A DNA stretch of 64,000 nt from an uncultured delta proteobacterium. GTDB lineage: Bacteria; Desulfobacterota; Binatia; UBA9968. Positions within the stretch are counted from its first letter, which is position 1. Every line of letters begins with the position of its first letter. Below, in pieces: positions 20,320 through 30,567 of the stretch. Made by a program: the position numbers and the translations under genes. The stretch spans positions 32,001 through 96,000 of the forward strand of contig CAVXEP010000020.1 of assembly GCA_963760795.1 (NCBI GenBank), written 5' to 3'. The notes beneath the pieces were generated by a model. The model was given only the letters and a program-made list of their open reading frames with translations. It did not search any database and was not told where the DNA came from.

Positions 20320-21375
20320 TTAACTGCCAAGAATCTTTCTCGCCTGCTCGACCACTTCGGGCGGCTGATTCAAAACTTCCTTGACCAACGCCTCCAAGTC
20401 TTCCCCCGCCGCATACTCCACATCCATGCGCGCGCGTTTCGCTTCGGCCAACAGCTCGGAGTCCTTCAAGACATTGCGAAAACTCTCGCGCAGCATTTTG
20501 ACTCGATCCGGAGGCGTTCCTGGCGTGACCAGCACCGGCCGGCCGAACTCGCCGCCGGATAACAGCGCCTGGGCGACGCGCCGCTTGGTGCTGGCGACTT
20601 TGAACTCATCCAAGATCTCATAAATCGTCGGCGCCTCGGCCGCGCGCGGGTCGCGCTTGCGGCCGGATTGGAGCACATGGAAATCGAAACTTTTCTTATG
20701 CCAGGAATTGAAAGGTTCCCGGCCAAAGTGCGACGCCAGCGTGTGCGCCCGGCAAGCGATCTCGCCTTTTTCCACTGCCAAGTCGGCGTCGCTGCCACCT
20801 TGATAGCCTGACACCGAATTGATCTTCGCGCCCACGGTCAGCTCCAGGATCCGCGCGATGATGTAATCCGAGCTGGTGGTGCCGGAGCCGCCGCAACTGG
20901 GCGGCTGCTTAGCTCTGACGATATCGCCGACGGTTTTAAGTCCGGTATCGGCGCGCATGTAAAACATGATCGAATCCTGCGACGCCGAACCGAGCCAGTG
21001 AAATTTCCTGAGGTCGAACTGCGCTTCCTTACGGCCGATGAGCTGTTCGATGTAAATGCTGTTGTTCGGCAAGAGCACATGCAGGCCGTCCGGCTTGGCC
21101 ACGCCGTAAACGTAATTAGTCGCGCTGATCGAGCCGGCGCCGGGCATGTTGTGGACGATTACGTTGGGATTACCGGGGATATACTTGCCCCAATAGCGGG
21201 CGATGAGCCGAGCCCAAGAATCGTAGAAATTTGCCGTCGCCGAACCGACCACGAATCTGAGCGTCTTGCCTTTGTAAAATGACTCGCTCTGCGCTTCGGC
21301 AATCGCCAGCGGGAACAAGATCGCCGCAGCCAGCAACAAACAAATGTGAATGAGAGACAGTTTCGCTTTGGTCAT
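20320..21375 (-). CDS. Tripartite tricarboxylate transporter substrate-binding protein (Bug/TctC)
   Basis: FYKGKTLRFVVG, NMPGAGS, AKPDGL, GYQGG. Confidence 0.9.
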   Translation of the reverse strand: MTKAKLSLIHICLLLAAAILFPLAIAEAQSESFYKGKTLRFVVGSATANFYDSWARLIARYWGKYIPGNPNVIVHNMPGAGSISATNYVYGVAKPDGLHVLLPNNSIYIEQLIGRKEAQFDLRKFHWLGSASQDSIMFYMRADTGLKTVGDIVRAKQPPSCGGSGTTSSDYIIARILELTVGAKINSVSGYQGGSDADLAVEKGEIACRAHTLASHFGREPFNSWHKKSFDFHVLQSGRKRDPRAAEAPTIYEILDEFKVASTKRRVAQALLSGGEFGRPVLVTPGTPPDRVKMLRESFRNVLKDSELLAEAKRARMDVEYAAGEDLEALVKEVLNQPPEVVEQARKILGS

Positions 21376-21683
21376 GGCGACATTCACTCCGGTGGTCGTT
21401 GGGCACTCGCCGCTCCGCCACCCCAGGGCGTATGCCATACGCCTCTACAATCGGATTTCTTCCTTGGAATTTTTTTGCGCTTTTTGCTGCGGTTAATTAT
21501 CCAATTCCAAACTTCGTGTCCTTCGTGATCTTCGTGGTGAGATCAAGACTTCTCGTCCTGCCACGACTTGATCATAGTCTCGAAAGCGCGAGCCTAGTCG
21601 ATGTTCTAACGAGCTGTCAACTGACAATGCGTCGACGCGCAAGGCGTTTCATGCTACCGATGAGCGGACATCCGCCACCCATC

Positions 21684-23321
21684 ATGGAAAAAGCCTTCGC
21701 CCAACAATCACGCGCCAGCGTCGCGCGCAACGCCGGCATCGTCAGCCTCGCCGTCATGGCGAGCCGCGTGCTCGGTCTGGTGCGCGATCAGGTCTTCGCC
21801 GCCCTGTTCGGCGCCGGCTTGCAATACGACGCCTTTCTCACCGCCTTTCGCGTGCCCAACTTACTGCGCGACCTGCTCGCCGAAGGGGCGCTGTCATCGG
21901 CGTTCGTCACTACCTTCACGCAGACGCTGCAACAAAAAGGCAAAGACGAAGCGATTCGGCTGTCCAACCGCGTCGCCACGCTGATCGTCGCGTGCATCAC
22001 GGCGGTTTCTATCTTCGCGTGGATTTTTACTCCTGAGATTGTCCGACTGCTCGCGCCGGGATTCTACGCTGTGCCTGGGAAAGCCGAGCTCACCATTGAA
22101 TTGACGCGGGTCATGATGCCGTTTCTCTTGCTGATCGCCCTGGCGGCGCAAGCCATGGGCATGCTCAACGCGTTCAATATTTACGGCATGCCGGCGCTGG
22201 CTTCGGCGTTTTTCAATCTTGGCTCGATCATCGGCGGCTTGCTATTGGGTTATCTCATCGGACCGGCCATCGGCTTGAGCCCCATCGCCGGCATGGCTTA
22301 CGGCACAGTGATCGGCGGCTTTTTGCAGTTCGCCGTGCAATGGCCGAGCCTGCGCCGTTGCGGTGTCGGCTACCGGGCCGATTGGAATGTGAACGACTCG
22401 GGCGTGCGGCAGATTCTTCGGCTCATGGGACCGGCGATCATCGGCGCCGCCGCCGTGCAGATCAATGTTTTCGTCAACACCAGTTTCGCTTCGGCGATCG
22501 TCGATCCGGCCACCGGCGCGGTCGCCAACGGACCGGTGTCCTGGCTCAACTTCGCCTTTCGCTTCATGCAGTTTCCCATCGGCGTGTTCGGCGTCGCCAT
22601 CGCCACCGCCACCCTGCCGACGCTATCGCGCAGCACGACGAATCCGAATTTCGAAGAATTTCGCCAAACCCTGACGCACGCGCTGGCGCTGGTGTTTCTC
22701 CTATGCATCCCGTCGGCTGTCGGCCTGGCGGTGCTGGCCCATCCGATCGTCGCCCTGGTCTTCGAGCATGGCAAGTTCACCGCCTTCGACACCGCCCAGA
22801 CGGCCAACGCCTTGGCAGCCTACGCCGTCGGTCTGGCCGGCTACGGCGCCATTAAAGTTCTGTCACCGGCGTTCTACGCGCTCAACGACGCGCGCACACC
22901 GATGTTGATCAGCCTGGGATCGATCGCAGTGAATTACGTCATGAACTCACTGCTGGTCGGCCCCTTCGGCCACGTCGGTTTGGCATTTTCCACCTCGGCG
23001 GTGGCGTTGGTGAATTTTCTCCTGCTGGCGTTGTTAATGCGCCGCCGCTTGGGCCGCTTGGCCGGCCGCAAGCTCGCGGTCACCGCCGTGAAAATCGCGC
23101 TCGCCTCAGCGGCCCTCGCCGTCGTCGCATGGATCGTCAATGAAAGCGCCGGCGCCTTGCCGCTGCATGGTTTGGCACTGGAGTTCAGCCGCGTCATCGT
23201 AGCGATCGTCCTGGCCACCGCGACCTTTTACGGCGTCTGCCGACTGCTGCAAGTGGGCGAGTTGCAAGAAGCCATCGACGCCATCGGTGGCAAATTAATC
23301 CGCCGACTGCGGCGCAAGTAG
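21684..23321 (+). CDS. murJ: Lipid II flippase MurJ (MviN)
   Basis: SRVLGLVRD, AFRVPNLLRDLLAEGALS, RFMQFPIGVFG, FYALNDARTP; start codon uncertain (21651-21684). Confidence 0.95.
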   Translation: MEKAFAQQSRASVARNAGIVSLAVMASRVLGLVRDQVFAALFGAGLQYDAFLTAFRVPNLLRDLLAEGALSSAFVTTFTQTLQQKGKDEAIRLSNRVATLIVACITAVSIFAWIFTPEIVRLLAPGFYAVPGKAELTIELTRVMMPFLLLIALAAQAMGMLNAFNIYGMPALASAFFNLGSIIGGLLLGYLIGPAIGLSPIAGMAYGTVIGGFLQFAVQWPSLRRCGVGYRADWNVNDSGVRQILRLMGPAIIGAAAVQINVFVNTSFASAIVDPATGAVANGPVSWLNFAFRFMQFPIGVFGVAIATATLPTLSRSTTNPNFEEFRQTLTHALALVFLLCIPSAVGLAVLAHPIVALVFEHGKFTAFDTAQTANALAAYAVGLAGYGAIKVLSPAFYALNDARTPMLISLGSIAVNYVMNSLLVGPFGHVGLAFSTSAVALVNFLLLALLMRRRLGRLAGRKLAVTAVKIALASAALAVVAWIVNESAGALPLHGLALEFSRVIVAIVLATATFYGVCRLLQVGELQEAIDAIGGKLIRRLRRK

Positions 23322-23448
23322 GTTCGCACCCTTTAGTAACTTATGACTAACCGCGGCAATGCGGATCGAGCACGAGCACGTCGTTAAAGCCGGCCATTGA
23401 CATCGTTGGCACCGCCATTTAACAATCCGCCCGAACCAAGGAGAGCTT

Positions 23449-23937
23449 ATGCCTAAAGTCACATCCCTCGGACATCTGGGTTTTCATGTGCGCGATATGG
23501 AACGCTCGGTGGCGTTCTACCGCGACATTCTCGGTTTAACCGTCAGCGACCGCAGCCCGCGCGGCGCCGTGTTCATGACCAGCCAAGATCGCAGCGTCGA
23601 GCACCACGAGCTCTACTTGGCGCCGGGGCGCGACGACGACGGCAAGGTCAACGTCTTGCAGCAGATTTCCTTCCGCTGTCCGACGTTGAAGGATGTCAAG
23701 GATTTCTATCAGCTATTCGTCGACAAGCAGGTGCCGATCAACCGCTGCGTCAGTCATGGCAACACCGTCAGCATCTACGCCAGCGACCCCGACGGCAACT
23801 CGGTGGAAGTCTACTGGCCGAGCGGCGTCGACGTGCCGCAACCCTTCGGCAAACCGATGGACTTGACCAAAAGCGAGGTGGAAATCCGCGAACAGCTCAA
23901 TCAGATCCTGACAGAGTGGCAAAACCAAACTTCATAA
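23449..23937 (+). CDS. VOC/glyoxalase family protein
   Basis: LGHLGFHVRD, FYRDILG, HHEL, DPDGNSVEVY. Confidence 0.9.
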   Translation: MPKVTSLGHLGFHVRDMERSVAFYRDILGLTVSDRSPRGAVFMTSQDRSVEHHELYLAPGRDDDGKVNVLQQISFRCPTLKDVKDFYQLFVDKQVPINRCVSHGNTVSIYASDPDGNSVEVYWPSGVDVPQPFGKPMDLTKSEVEIREQLNQILTEWQNQTS

Positions 23938-23993
23938 AACCCGCTCTCAAGAATAATTAACAATCGGCGAGCCCAGAAGTCATTGGAGACGTT

Positions 23994-24563
23994 ATGCCGC
24001 GTATTCCCTACGTTGACCCGGATAAAGTTACCGACCCAGAGATCAAGGGCTATCTGGAGCGCGCTCGCCGTGAAGGCACGCCGCGCCCTGAAAGCCAGGC
24101 CGTGCGAGCCAACGTCCCCGAGGTCATCCGCGCGTTCTCGCAGGCGTGGGAACTCACGTTCCGCAACGGCGTCGTCGACCACGCGCTCAAAGAGCTTTGC
24201 CGGGTTTACGTTTCGAAATCGATTGACTGTCAATATTGAGGCGTGCAGCGCTCCGTCCAGGCTGGACGGCAAGGGCTCATTGAAGCGAAGTATGATGAGT
24301 TGCTCAACTTCGCCGACTCGGACAAATTCACCGAGCGAGAAAAAGTCGCGCTAACCTACACCAGCGCGATCGCTTGGAACTCAGACATCGCCGACGACGC
24401 GCTCTGGGCAAAATTGCACCGACTTTTTTCGACTCCCGAGTTGGTCGAGCTCGGTTTTTTCATCGGCCTCACCCTCGGCCAACAGCGCTGGATCAAAACC
24501 CTCGGCATCGACCATGGCGCCGTACTCGGCGATACCACCGCCGGTCTCGCGCCGACGAACTAA
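23994..24563 (+). CDS. Putative selenoprotein: AhpD/CMD-family protein with CxxU motif (U82, TGA at 24237-24239)
   Basis: ORFs 23994..24239 and 24243..24563 are in the same frame; LKELCRVYVSKSIDCQY-TGA-GVQR matches the AhpD CxxC position; FTEREKVALTY and ELVELGF downstream. Confidence 0.9.
24247..24277 (+). promoter_or_regulatory. Putative bacterial SECIS element
   Basis: CCGTCC-AGGCT-GGACGG hairpin (24253-24269) with an imperfect lower stem agcgct/agggct; loop starts 19 nt after the TGA. Confidence 0.8.
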
Positions 24564-24584
24564 GCGGAGAAAAACATTCATCTC

Positions 24585-24938
24585 GCCACCGAATTGTCCA
24601 TGAACTTGCGCTCGCCTACAGAGCATGGAAATGGTTCGCATCCCAGAACATGCTCCCCTCGTCGATTCGTCATTCCGGCGCTCGCGGGAATCCAGGTTTG
24701 GTCGGCGCCCGATTAGCCTGGATACCCGCTTTCGCGGGTATGACGGAACCCAGGCGGCTCTTCGTCGTGCATCCCACTCCTGGATGCCGGCCTGGGCACG
24801 AATGACGAATTCGGAATGAATACCTCGGAGGCTTCGGTATCTTCATACTCTATACGAGCGCAAGCTCATGCAACCTTCGTGGTGCAACACTCTTTCCCAT
24901 TCGGTTGCGGCTGCGCCGCGCTGGGTACTTCGTGGTGA
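24585..24938. repeat. Nested MITE/REPIN-like element with about 34 bp terminal inverted arms
   Basis: Arms 24599-24632 and 24839-24870 are imperfect reverse complements, enclose family C palindromes and are flanked by family A-like ends. Confidence 0.75.
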
Positions 24939-24947
24939 AAACCAATT

Positions 24948-26637
24948 TCACAAACGCTCACCGCCGACTGAGCGCGACCGTTCAGCGATTTGCGAAACAT
25001 CGTCCAGCGCATAAATCGCTAGCGCTTCGCGCCGGTTGCGCACGGTAAGTTCGTGGCGCGGCAGGCTGGCCGTGTTCAACCCCGACTGCTTGGCGACTTC
25101 TGCCGAGATCACCAACTGACAGTGAAACTCCTTGGTCGCATCTTGCAGCCGGCTGGCGACGTTGACCGTATCACCGATAGCGGTGACGTGAATCGTTTCG
25201 CCGTAGCCCATGCGCCCTACCACCGCCGGGCCGCAGTGAATGCCGATGCCAATGCGCAGTGGCGCGCTGAGTTCTTCTGCGAGTGCTCCGCTGAGCTCGT
25301 CGACCCGCTTAATCATCACCTGGGCAGCGGCGAGCGCTTGGCGGCAGCCTTCTTCGGGTCCGCTTTCGACGCCGAACAGCGCCATCACACCGTCACCGAC
25401 GAATTTGTCGATGATGCCGCCGCTCGAGACGATTGCCGCACCGACGGCGGTGAAATAGCTGTTCAAGAAAAACACTAAATCGTAAGGCAGTTTGGTTTCA
25501 GCGATGCCGGTAAACGAGCGAATATCCGCGAACATCACGGCGATCATGCGCTCCTGGCCGGCGAGATAGGCCGGTTGCCCATACCCCGCACTCGCCTGAG
25601 CATGGGGCGGCAGGAGCGGCGTCACCGTGAGATTATTCGTCGGCCGCAGCTGGCAGGCCAGTCGAACATCGGGCGCGGCGCCGACGCGCTGCAAGACTTT
25701 CAACTCGCCGGCAGCCGGCGGCGGCAAATTGGCAGCGCCATGAGTGACCCGCACCCGGCACGTCGAGCAGCGCCCGCGACCGCCGCAAACCGAAGCATGG
25801 GGGATCGCCGCTAGACGGCTCGCTTCGAGGACGGAGAAATTGCGCGGCGCCTGCACCTCCCGGCCATTGGGATACGTAATGCGGATGCGGCTGCGCCGCT
25901 CGATCAAGCTGCGCGCAACCGCGCGCTATGAGCGCCAAGACGATCGCCGCGCCGAACGTTATCAGCACGCCGTCATAGATCTGGTACAACACCGCTCGCT
26001 GGCTGCGCGGCGGCACTTTCGCAGCCACAAGGAAGCGCTCGAGCCATTCCGGCTGGCGCGCGATCAGGTTGGACACTTCCCGACCGGCACCGACGAAACC
26101 CAACAGCCCGCACACCGGGATAAGCAACGCCAGGGTGAGCAGGTAGGGCGCGATGCGCGGATACCATTTCTTCAATCGCAGCCAGTAGTGGCAGCCGATA
26201 CAGCCATGGGTCCAGGCGATGACAATCAGGATCGCCTGCTTCAATCCATCCATCGGCGCAGCATGCCAGAGGGTCAAAACCATCAAAGTGTAGGAATCGT
26301 CGACGCCAAAAAATTCATGGGTGAGCCGGGTGCCGACGATATGGATCGTCAGCAATAGCGGGATGGTCAAACCGAATAACAGTTGCAGCACCTCGGCCAC
26401 CGGCATGCGCCAATGGCGCCGCTGGTACAGCGCCCAAATCGCCAAGCCTAAGTGAGTCAATAACGCGCTGTAAAGAATCGCCGTGCCGACGGGATTGCGC
26501 CACAAAAGCAAAAACCAGCCACGCCCCCACTCCATCGCCGCCAACGAAATCAAGCCGAGCGCATGATTGAGCAAATGCGTCGACAAATAGGTGAGCAGAA
26601 TTAGCCCCGTAACCAAACGTGTGCGCCGAACGTTCAT
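24948..26637 (-). CDS. Class III adenylate cyclase with His-containing membrane domain and 2Fe-2S ferredoxin domain (CyaC-like), apparent frameshift at about 25915
   Basis: HLLNHALG and WTHGCIG membrane helices, CGGRGRCSTC...RLAC, FADIRSFT, DKFVGDG, GDTVNVASRL. Confidence 0.9.
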
Positions 26638-26866
26638 GATTGCGCGCCAATCTACTACGACCGCGCCCCCGCCGTCTATGCAACAACGCTGCAAGCCGAA
26701 CAAGGCCATGATCCGAATTCCCGAAGCCTCACCCCTTACTCCTGACGCCTAACTTCTCATAGCCTTCCTCCTGTTGACTCCCTCCGCCAACTCGGCCTAT
26801 TTATGGACGGTCCAGTTTTTCACCGCGTGCCGGAACAGGCACTGGCTATTCGAAAGGAGCCAGACC

Positions 26867-28000
26867 ATGAGAGATGGATTTAAGATCATCGACGCCGACC
26901 GCCATGTGCTCGAGCCGTCGGATCTGTTCGCCAAATATTTACCGGAAAAATTTCGCAGCCGGGTCGACATCCAGGGACCCAACCAGTCCTATCGTAGAGT
27001 AGACGGCGAGTTAATTTCCGACGCCGATCGGTTGCGCGACGCGACTAAACAAGAAGACTTCGGCTTTACCTTCGCCGCCTCGAAAAAATGGCGCGAGACC
27101 TTCGCCGATGCCCTGGCGGCGAAATTCGATACCGCGTCCAACGTCCGCGACATGGACAAAGAAGGCGTCGACATCGGCGTCCTCTTCCCCACCGTCGGAC
27201 TCTACATCATGTGGCGCGACAATTTAGATCCCGAACTCTCTGCCGCCATCTGCCGCGCCTACAACACCTGGATGTCGGACTATTGCAGCGCCAGCAACAA
27301 GCGCCTCTACGGCGTCGCCTTGATACCGCTACAAGACCCGGTCCGCGCGGTGGAAGAGTTGCAGCACGCCAAAAAGCTCGGCCTGGTCGGCATCTTCTGG
27401 CGGCCTAACAAGCTCTGCGGCCGCACCATATCGAGCCCCGACTACGATCCGATCTATGCGACCGCCGCCGACCTCGGCATGACCGTCTGCGTGCACGAAG
27501 GCGCGCGCACCGTGCTGGCGCAAGCCGGCTCGGACCGCTACAGCGAGTTCGGCCGCCATGTCGCCTGCCATCCCTTGGAACAGATGCTCGCCTGCCTGAA
27601 TCTCTGCGCCGACGGCGTGCTGGAAAAATTTCCCAAGCTCAAGGTCGCCCACCTGGAATCGGGCTGCGGCTGGGTGCCGTTCTGGTTGGAGCGCATGGAC
27701 GAGCATTGGGAGCATGCCGGCCATGGCCAAGCCAAGACGACCAAAGAAAAACCGAGCTTCTATTTCAAGCGCCAATGCTGGACCAGCGCCGAAGCCGGCG
27801 AAGAGTTGGCGCCGGTTTTTGTCGAGCATGTCGGCGAGGATTACTTATTGGTCGCCACCGACTATCCGCACAGCGACTGCATCGGCAAGTTCCCCGATCG
27901 CACCGTCGGCGATCTCACCACCAACAATCATCTCTCACAAGAAGCGCGCCGGAAAATTTTATGGGACAATCCGAAGCGCTTTTACGGACTGGAGGTTTGA
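26867..28000 (+). CDS. Amidohydrolase family protein
   Basis: IIDADRHVLEP, VHEG, LESGCGW, TDYPH; AGGAG RBS. Confidence 0.92.
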   Translation: MRDGFKIIDADRHVLEPSDLFAKYLPEKFRSRVDIQGPNQSYRRVDGELISDADRLRDATKQEDFGFTFAASKKWRETFADALAAKFDTASNVRDMDKEGVDIGVLFPTVGLYIMWRDNLDPELSAAICRAYNTWMSDYCSASNKRLYGVALIPLQDPVRAVEELQHAKKLGLVGIFWRPNKLCGRTISSPDYDPIYATAADLGMTVCVHEGARTVLAQAGSDRYSEFGRHVACHPLEQMLACLNLCADGVLEKFPKLKVAHLESGCGWVPFWLERMDEHWEHAGHGQAKTTKEKPSFYFKRQCWTSAEAGEELAPVFVEHVGEDYLLVATDYPHSDCIGKFPDRTVGDLTTNNHLSQEARRKILWDNPKRFYGLEV

Positions 28001-28005
28001 CTCAC

Positions 28006-29031
28006 ATGGGTAAGTTTCACGTAGTTTATTTTGGCAGCAACGATGTCCCGGTCGATCTGCTCAAGCCAATCCTGGCCGAGATCGACGCCGACATGACCAT
28101 CCGCCGCCCGACCACCGACGCGGAAGTGATCGAAATGGCCAAGGACGCCGACGGCATCATCATGCACGGCTCGGTGCCGCTATCGCGCGAAATCATTTCG
28201 CAGATAAAGCGCGTCAAAGTCGTCTGCCGCACCGGCGTCGGCGTCGACAGAATGGATCTCAAAGCCGCCGCCGATCACGGCCTGATCATCTGCAACGCCG
28301 CCGGCTGCAACTCCATCGAAGTCGCCGAGCAAGCGATCGGCTTGATGATCGCGATCTCGCGCAAACTCGTGCGCATGAACCAATACGTCCACGACGGCAA
28401 GTGGAAACGCCACACCGCTGAACTGCACGCCTACCGCGGCCGCGTGTATCGAATCCAAGGCTGCACCATGGGCATCGTCGGCCTGGGCCATGTCGGCAAA
28501 CAAGTCGCCCCGCGCGCCCAGGGCATGCGCTTGAACGTGCAAACCTTCGATCCCTATCTCGATCCCAAAGTAGCCGAACAGATGAATGTGAAAATGGTCT
28601 CCTTCGATGAGTTGGTAAAGACTTCCGATTTCATCAGCGTCCACGCGCCGCTGACCAAACAGACCCGCCACATGTTCGGCATGCCGCAATTCAAGATGAT
28701 GAAAAAGAGCGCCTATCTGATCAACTGCGCCCGCGGCGGCCTGGTCGACACCGACGCATTATATGACGCCCTGGTCGCCGGCGAACTCTCCGGCGCCGCC
28801 CTCGACGTCACCGACCCCGAACCGTTACCCGCCGATCACAAAATATTAACGCTGCCCAACGTCATCGTCACCTGCCACACCTCGGCCAACTCCGACGAGT
28901 CCTACGTCGACTGCCAAACCCACGCCGCCAGAGAAGTCGTCGGCGTATTGAGCGGCCGAGGCCCGACGACGCAGATCAAAGATCCATGGTTGTTGGCGGA
29001 GGCGCAGGATGAGGGGTTTGGCGGAGTGTAA
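28006..29031 (+). CDS. D-isomer 2-hydroxyacid dehydrogenase (CtBP/SerA-like)
   Basis: RTGVGVD, GIVGLGHVG, INCARGG, DVTDPEP, TCHTSA. Confidence 0.92.
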   Translation: MGKFHVVYFGSNDVPVDLLKPILAEIDADMTIRRPTTDAEVIEMAKDADGIIMHGSVPLSREIISQIKRVKVVCRTGVGVDRMDLKAAADHGLIICNAAGCNSIEVAEQAIGLMIAISRKLVRMNQYVHDGKWKRHTAELHAYRGRVYRIQGCTMGIVGLGHVGKQVAPRAQGMRLNVQTFDPYLDPKVAEQMNVKMVSFDELVKTSDFISVHAPLTKQTRHMFGMPQFKMMKKSAYLINCARGGLVDTDALYDALVAGELSGAALDVTDPEPLPADHKILTLPNVIVTCHTSANSDESYVDCQTHAAREVVGVLSGRGPTTQIKDPWLLAEAQDEGFGGV

Positions 29032-29061
29032 AATTGTTGACCCTGCTTTCTCGCCGTAACG

Positions 29062-29096
29062 AAGGCCCGAGTCGTATTGACTTGGGCCTTTGTCTT
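29062..29096 (+). terminator. Rho-independent terminator-like hairpin
   Basis: aaggcccgagtc-gtatt-gacttgggcctt followed by a short T-rich tail. Confidence 0.6.
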
Positions 29097-29145
29097 AGCG
29101 GGCGGATTTGACCTTCGTATTCAAGGAATTTATTAGGACACTTGG

Positions 29146-30361
29146 ATGTCACAACCCCGCATCATCATCGCCGGCGCCGGTCCGGTGGGAGTCGTCTCCG
29201 CGCTCGCGCTGGCGCAGCAGGGCTACGCCGTCACGCTGCTCGAAGCCGACGCGGTGATTGACGACAATCCGCGGGCGGCGACGACTCATCCGTCGACGTT
29301 GGAGATGATCGCGCGGGTTGGCTTGATCGATCAGTTCATCAAGGAAGGTCTCGTCGCGCGCTATTTTCAGTTTTGGGACAAGCCGACACGGACTCGCATC
29401 GTTCAGTTCGATCATGAGCTTTTGCGCGATGAGACGCCTTACCCGTTTGTCGTGCAGACCGAGCAGCATAAGCTGGCGCGCATGGGCATCGAGCGGCTTA
29501 AAACCTTTGCCGATGTCGAGGTGCGATTCTCCACTCGGGTAACCGGAGTAACGCAAGACGCCAACCAGGCAACTGTAACGGCGGAAGGACCGAACGGCAT
29601 GGAAACCCATCGCGGCGATTGGGTCATCGGCGCGGACGGCGGGCGCAGTACGGTGCGAAAGTCGCTGGACATCGACTTCGAAGGCTTCACCTGGCCGGAG
29701 AATTTTCTCGTGCTGACGACGACGGAAGACTTTCAGCAGCTGCTCGGCGGCTGTTGCTATCGCAACTATCTCGCCGACCCTGATGAATGGACGAACTTAT
29801 TCAAAGTCGCCGGCGACGACGGCAAGGGACGCTGGCGCGCGGTGTTTCCGACCAAAGTCGAAGAGAGCGACGAGCAGGCGCTGGGCGACGAGTCGACCTA
29901 CTCGCGTTTGCAGCGGGTCTATCCATTGAACCGGCGCTACAACGTCGTCCATCGCAATCTCTACAAAGTTCATCAGCGTGTCGCCGCCACTTTCCGCAAA
30001 GGCCGCGTGGTCCTCGCCGGCGATTCGGCTCATGTGAACAACTCCGTCGGCGGCTTGGGTTTGAATAGCGGCATCCACGACGCCATGGAACTGGTCGACA
30101 CGCTGCGTGAGATTATCGACAAGAAAGCGGATCACACCCTGCTCGACCGCTACACGCGCCGGCGGCGCACCAGCAATATCGAATCGGTCCAAGAGCAAAC
30201 CATCACCAACAAGAAGCGCCTCGAAGAGCGCGACCCCGCGGCACGCCAAGCCCGCTTCGACGAGCTCCGCGCTATCGCCGAAGATCCGAAACTAGCACAA
30301 GGAATTTCTCCTGCGCACCTCGCTCATCGCCAGCGTACGCAAGGCGCAGAGCATCGATTGA
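29146..30361 (+). CDS. FAD-dependent monooxygenase (MhpA/PheA-like), apparent frameshift at about 30295
   Basis: GAGPVG, GADGGRS, LAGDSAH, GGLGLNSGIHDA; probable true C-terminus KEFLLRTSLIASVRKAQSID* in another frame. Confidence 0.9.
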
Positions 30362-30514
30362 CTGTTGTCACTCCGCGGATACTGGCGCATCGATTCGAAC
30401 AGCGCCCCTTCGTCACGGCACAATCCTGTTCCGTTTCCGCCGCAAATTGCCCACTTCACGGAAGGCTTTAGCCAATTAAACGAAAATCCTGGCAATCGAA
30501 GGAACATTTGCTCG

Positions 30515-30530
30515 GGGCATGGTAGTTGCT
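30515..30530 (+). promoter_or_regulatory. Putative sigma-54 promoter
   Basis: GGGCATGGTAGTTGCT, GG-N10-GC, about 38 nt upstream of ATG 30568. Confidence 0.5.
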
Positions 30531-30567
30531 GCTCCAATTACTGGAACGAATGGGAGGGGCATACACT

